IMG/VR virus record: IMGVR_UViG_3300017778_008252
Coordinates: 1 to 57,635 of that record
Strand: one strand, 5' to 3'
DNA length: 57,635 bases
DNA from: a virus
Lineage: Duplodnaviria > Caudoviricetes
This document shows, piece after piece, positions 55,812-57,635 of the stretch. Both the position numbers and the translations under genes were made by a program. How positions within the stretch are numbered: the first letter of the stretch is position 1; the number at the start of each line of letters is the position of its first letter. The notes under the pieces are model-generated. The model was given only the letters and a program-made list of their open reading frames with translations, did not search any database and was not told the DNA's origin.

Positions 55812-57635
55812 ATGCTAACACTACAACAATTACTTGAAAGCGATAGTCTTGCAACTATAGTAGCAAAACTAAATAATAATTTTCAAATTCTTAATGCCAC
55901 AAACGGTGGTCCACAAGGGATTAGAGGTCAACAAGGAATTCCTGGGTTGCCTGGAAGAGTCGGTCCTCTCGGTCCGACAGGCGCACAAGGACCGACTGGA
56001 ACTCTTTTAGGAATTATTCCCTTTGCGAAAATAAGTGCAAGCACCGCAGGTGTTGGACCCACATCTGGGCAATTAGCGCCAAACAGTCAACCGGCAGGGG
56101 AATGGCCGTTAGCATCATGGACGTGGCTGATGAATTATCACGGCGCAGGTATAACTTCTTCCTTTTCTGGATTCTCTGGGGGAACAGGTGCCACCGCGCA
56201 TTCAGGTGACATTTACGTTGACCATGCAAACAAAGGATATTGGAAATATTTAGAAGCAGTGGATGCAACTGGTGCTTATGACCCTGGAACTGTAACTTAC
56301 CCGGCGGAATATTTATCCGGCGGTATATATGGAACCGCTGCGACTGGTCCATATCCAGATTTTTCTGGAGGACTTGGATGGATTGGAAACGGATGGTATT
56401 GGTATTCAACAGAAGATATAGCAAACGTAATTGGTGGAAATGTTTGGATAAATGATATTACAACATATTTGTTTAGTCCTACTGCTGCGGGTCCTTATCC
56501 TGGTTCGACAGCAACACCTTTGAGTATCCCAAATGCTCGTTTGGAATCAAAATATGGTTCTGTGTGGATAACAAGCGGTAATGATCTCGGGGGCGATGAT
56601 AATTTGCCAACAACTACAATCGAAGCGTGGGGAGGAAACACTGCTGGGTTTAACCCGTCAAGGGTAAACTCTGGTATTGACAGACTACTATTTAAAATGT
56701 CAATTGATACGATTCCTTATTTAGGAAACATCACAGCTCGTGGGTTTACTGGACTTTCCGGCCCAGCATATTCAGAGTCTTCTACTTATCCAGAATCAGC
56801 TAATGGAACTGCGATGCAGTCCCCATTAGCAAATACATACTGGGTCAAACCACAATATGAAACAACAATTGAAAAATTTTCACCACTTATATTTTTAAGC
56901 GAAAGAAATATAGATGCAGTTATTGACAATAGTTCTTCGTTAGGTTTGTATATGCACACGTCCCAAGATGCTGGTGGAAAAAGCAATCTAAATAAAAGTT
57001 TATTTTTATGGAGCAGTAGATATTCACCGGATCCTGTGGAAATGTACCCGGCCGGATTTACTGGAATTGACAGTGCTTCAACGAAAAACTATGGTGAATT
57101 TATCATGGACACGAGACGTTTGATTGTATCTAATCAATATGTTTGTTCAAGTCCAACAGATATGAAATTATCCGGAGATTGGATTGATTACATAACTGGT
57201 CCCGAAGCTTATTATGAAGAATCAAATATTAGTAATAGCTACAGATATCGAACATTCCAGGGGTACATTAGCTCAATAAACGGTAAATCAATAACTGGAA
57301 ATCCAAATGCTGTTAACTACTGGGAATATGGATTAGGTGACGGAACAACTTACGGGTTGACTGGTGGAACACACGATACAGCAAGTGGATTAACTGGTAT
57401 GCAGACAAGAAATACATGGTATGGAAGCTCAGTTTTTGATGAATTGCCTTCTAACTGGGACGGTTTAAATCCGGGCCAAGGAAACTATATTAGAGTTGCA
57501 GGGATGATGGATCGAGGAAGACGATTTGACGACTTGACAGACGTAGCAGGTGTTGGTACTGGAACTAACTTTTTAAGTGAACTTGTTTTTTATACTTCAC
57601 ATTTTAAATTTGATTTAGCGGGTGGGACTGGATTA
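55812..57635 (+). CDS. Putative tail fibre with collagen-like (Gly-X-Y) segment, truncated by the window edge
   Basis: MLTLQQLLESDSLATIVAKLNNNF...GPQGIRGQQGIPGLPGRVGPLGPTGAQGPTG; GATATATA at 55781; frame appears open to the window end (absent from the ORF track because no stop is reached). Confidence 0.8.
   Translation, partial: MLTLQQLLESDSLATIVAKLNNNFQILNATNGGPQGIRGQQGIPGLPGRVGPLGPTGAQGPTGTLLGIIPFAKISASTAGVGPTSGQLAPNSQPAGEWPLASWTWLMNYHGAGITSSFSGFSGGTGATAHSGDIYVDHANKGYWKYLEAVDATGAYDPGTVTYPAEYLSGGIYGTAATGPYPDFSGGLGWIGNGWYWYSTEDIANVIGGNVWINDITTYLFSPTAAGPYPGSTATPLSIPNARLESKYGSVWITSGNDLGGDDNLPTTTIEAWGGNTAGFNPSRVNSGIDRLLFKMSIDTIPYLGNITARGFTGLSGPAYSESSTYPESANGTAMQSPLANTYWVKPQYETTIEKFSPLIFLSERNIDAVIDNSSSLGLYMHTSQDAGGKSNLNKSLFLWSSRYSPDPVEMYPAGFTGIDSASTKNYGEFIMDTRRLIVSNQYVCSSPTDMKLSGDWIDYITGPEAYYEESNISNSYRYRTFQGYISSINGKSITGNPNAVNYWEYGLGDGTTYGLTGGTHDTASGLTGMQTRNTWYGSSVFDELPSNWDGLNPGQGNYIRVAGMMDRGRRFDDLTDVAGVGTGTNFLSELVFYTSHFKFDLAGGTGL

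Noticed and set aside
1-57635. Stop-codon reassignment (alternative genetic code)
   Set aside because: Very long ORFs are intact under the standard code, TAG and TGA end genes at sensible boundaries, and no CTA/TCA suppressor tRNA was seen

Overview
This is an AT-rich, gene-dense segment of a T4-related jumbo (myovirus-type) phage genome using the standard genetic code. The host is probably a Bacteroidota: three TTG-N19/20-TATATTT(G/A) promoters are present and genes have A-rich leaders without Shine-Dalgarno sites. Bases 1-3.6 kb hold a tRNA cluster (His, Ile2/Met-CAT, Leu, Ser, three Arg isoacceptors), two tRNA-like RNAs with remodelled anticodon arms and two structured non-coding spacers with pseudoknot or kissing-loop potential. 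Bases 3-12.7 kb and 35-42.4 kb are accessory regions encoding DenV-like and Fpg/Nei glycosylases, YkuK-like RNase H fold, Hsp20, Nudix, CapA-like, HAD, PhoH, SET, dUTPase and a 3'-5' exonuclease. Bases 12.8-35 kb and 42.5-57.6 kb are virion morphogenesis genes (gp53-, hub-, gp5-, gp13-, gp25-, gp6-like, giant baseplate/fibre proteins) with an embedded ribosomal S1-like and amidoligase-like gene pair. The most striking system is a family of 8-11 otherwise unrelated proteins sharing an N-terminal leader (MKHIKTFExF[IL]NE) that resembles the T4 capsid-targeting/prohead-protease signal. These genes sit behind a recurring GATATATA putative late promoter, partly in duplicated terminator-promoter-leader cassettes, which suggests a modular set of head-packaged, injected proteins. 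All functional calls come from motif recognition by eye; no database searches were run.
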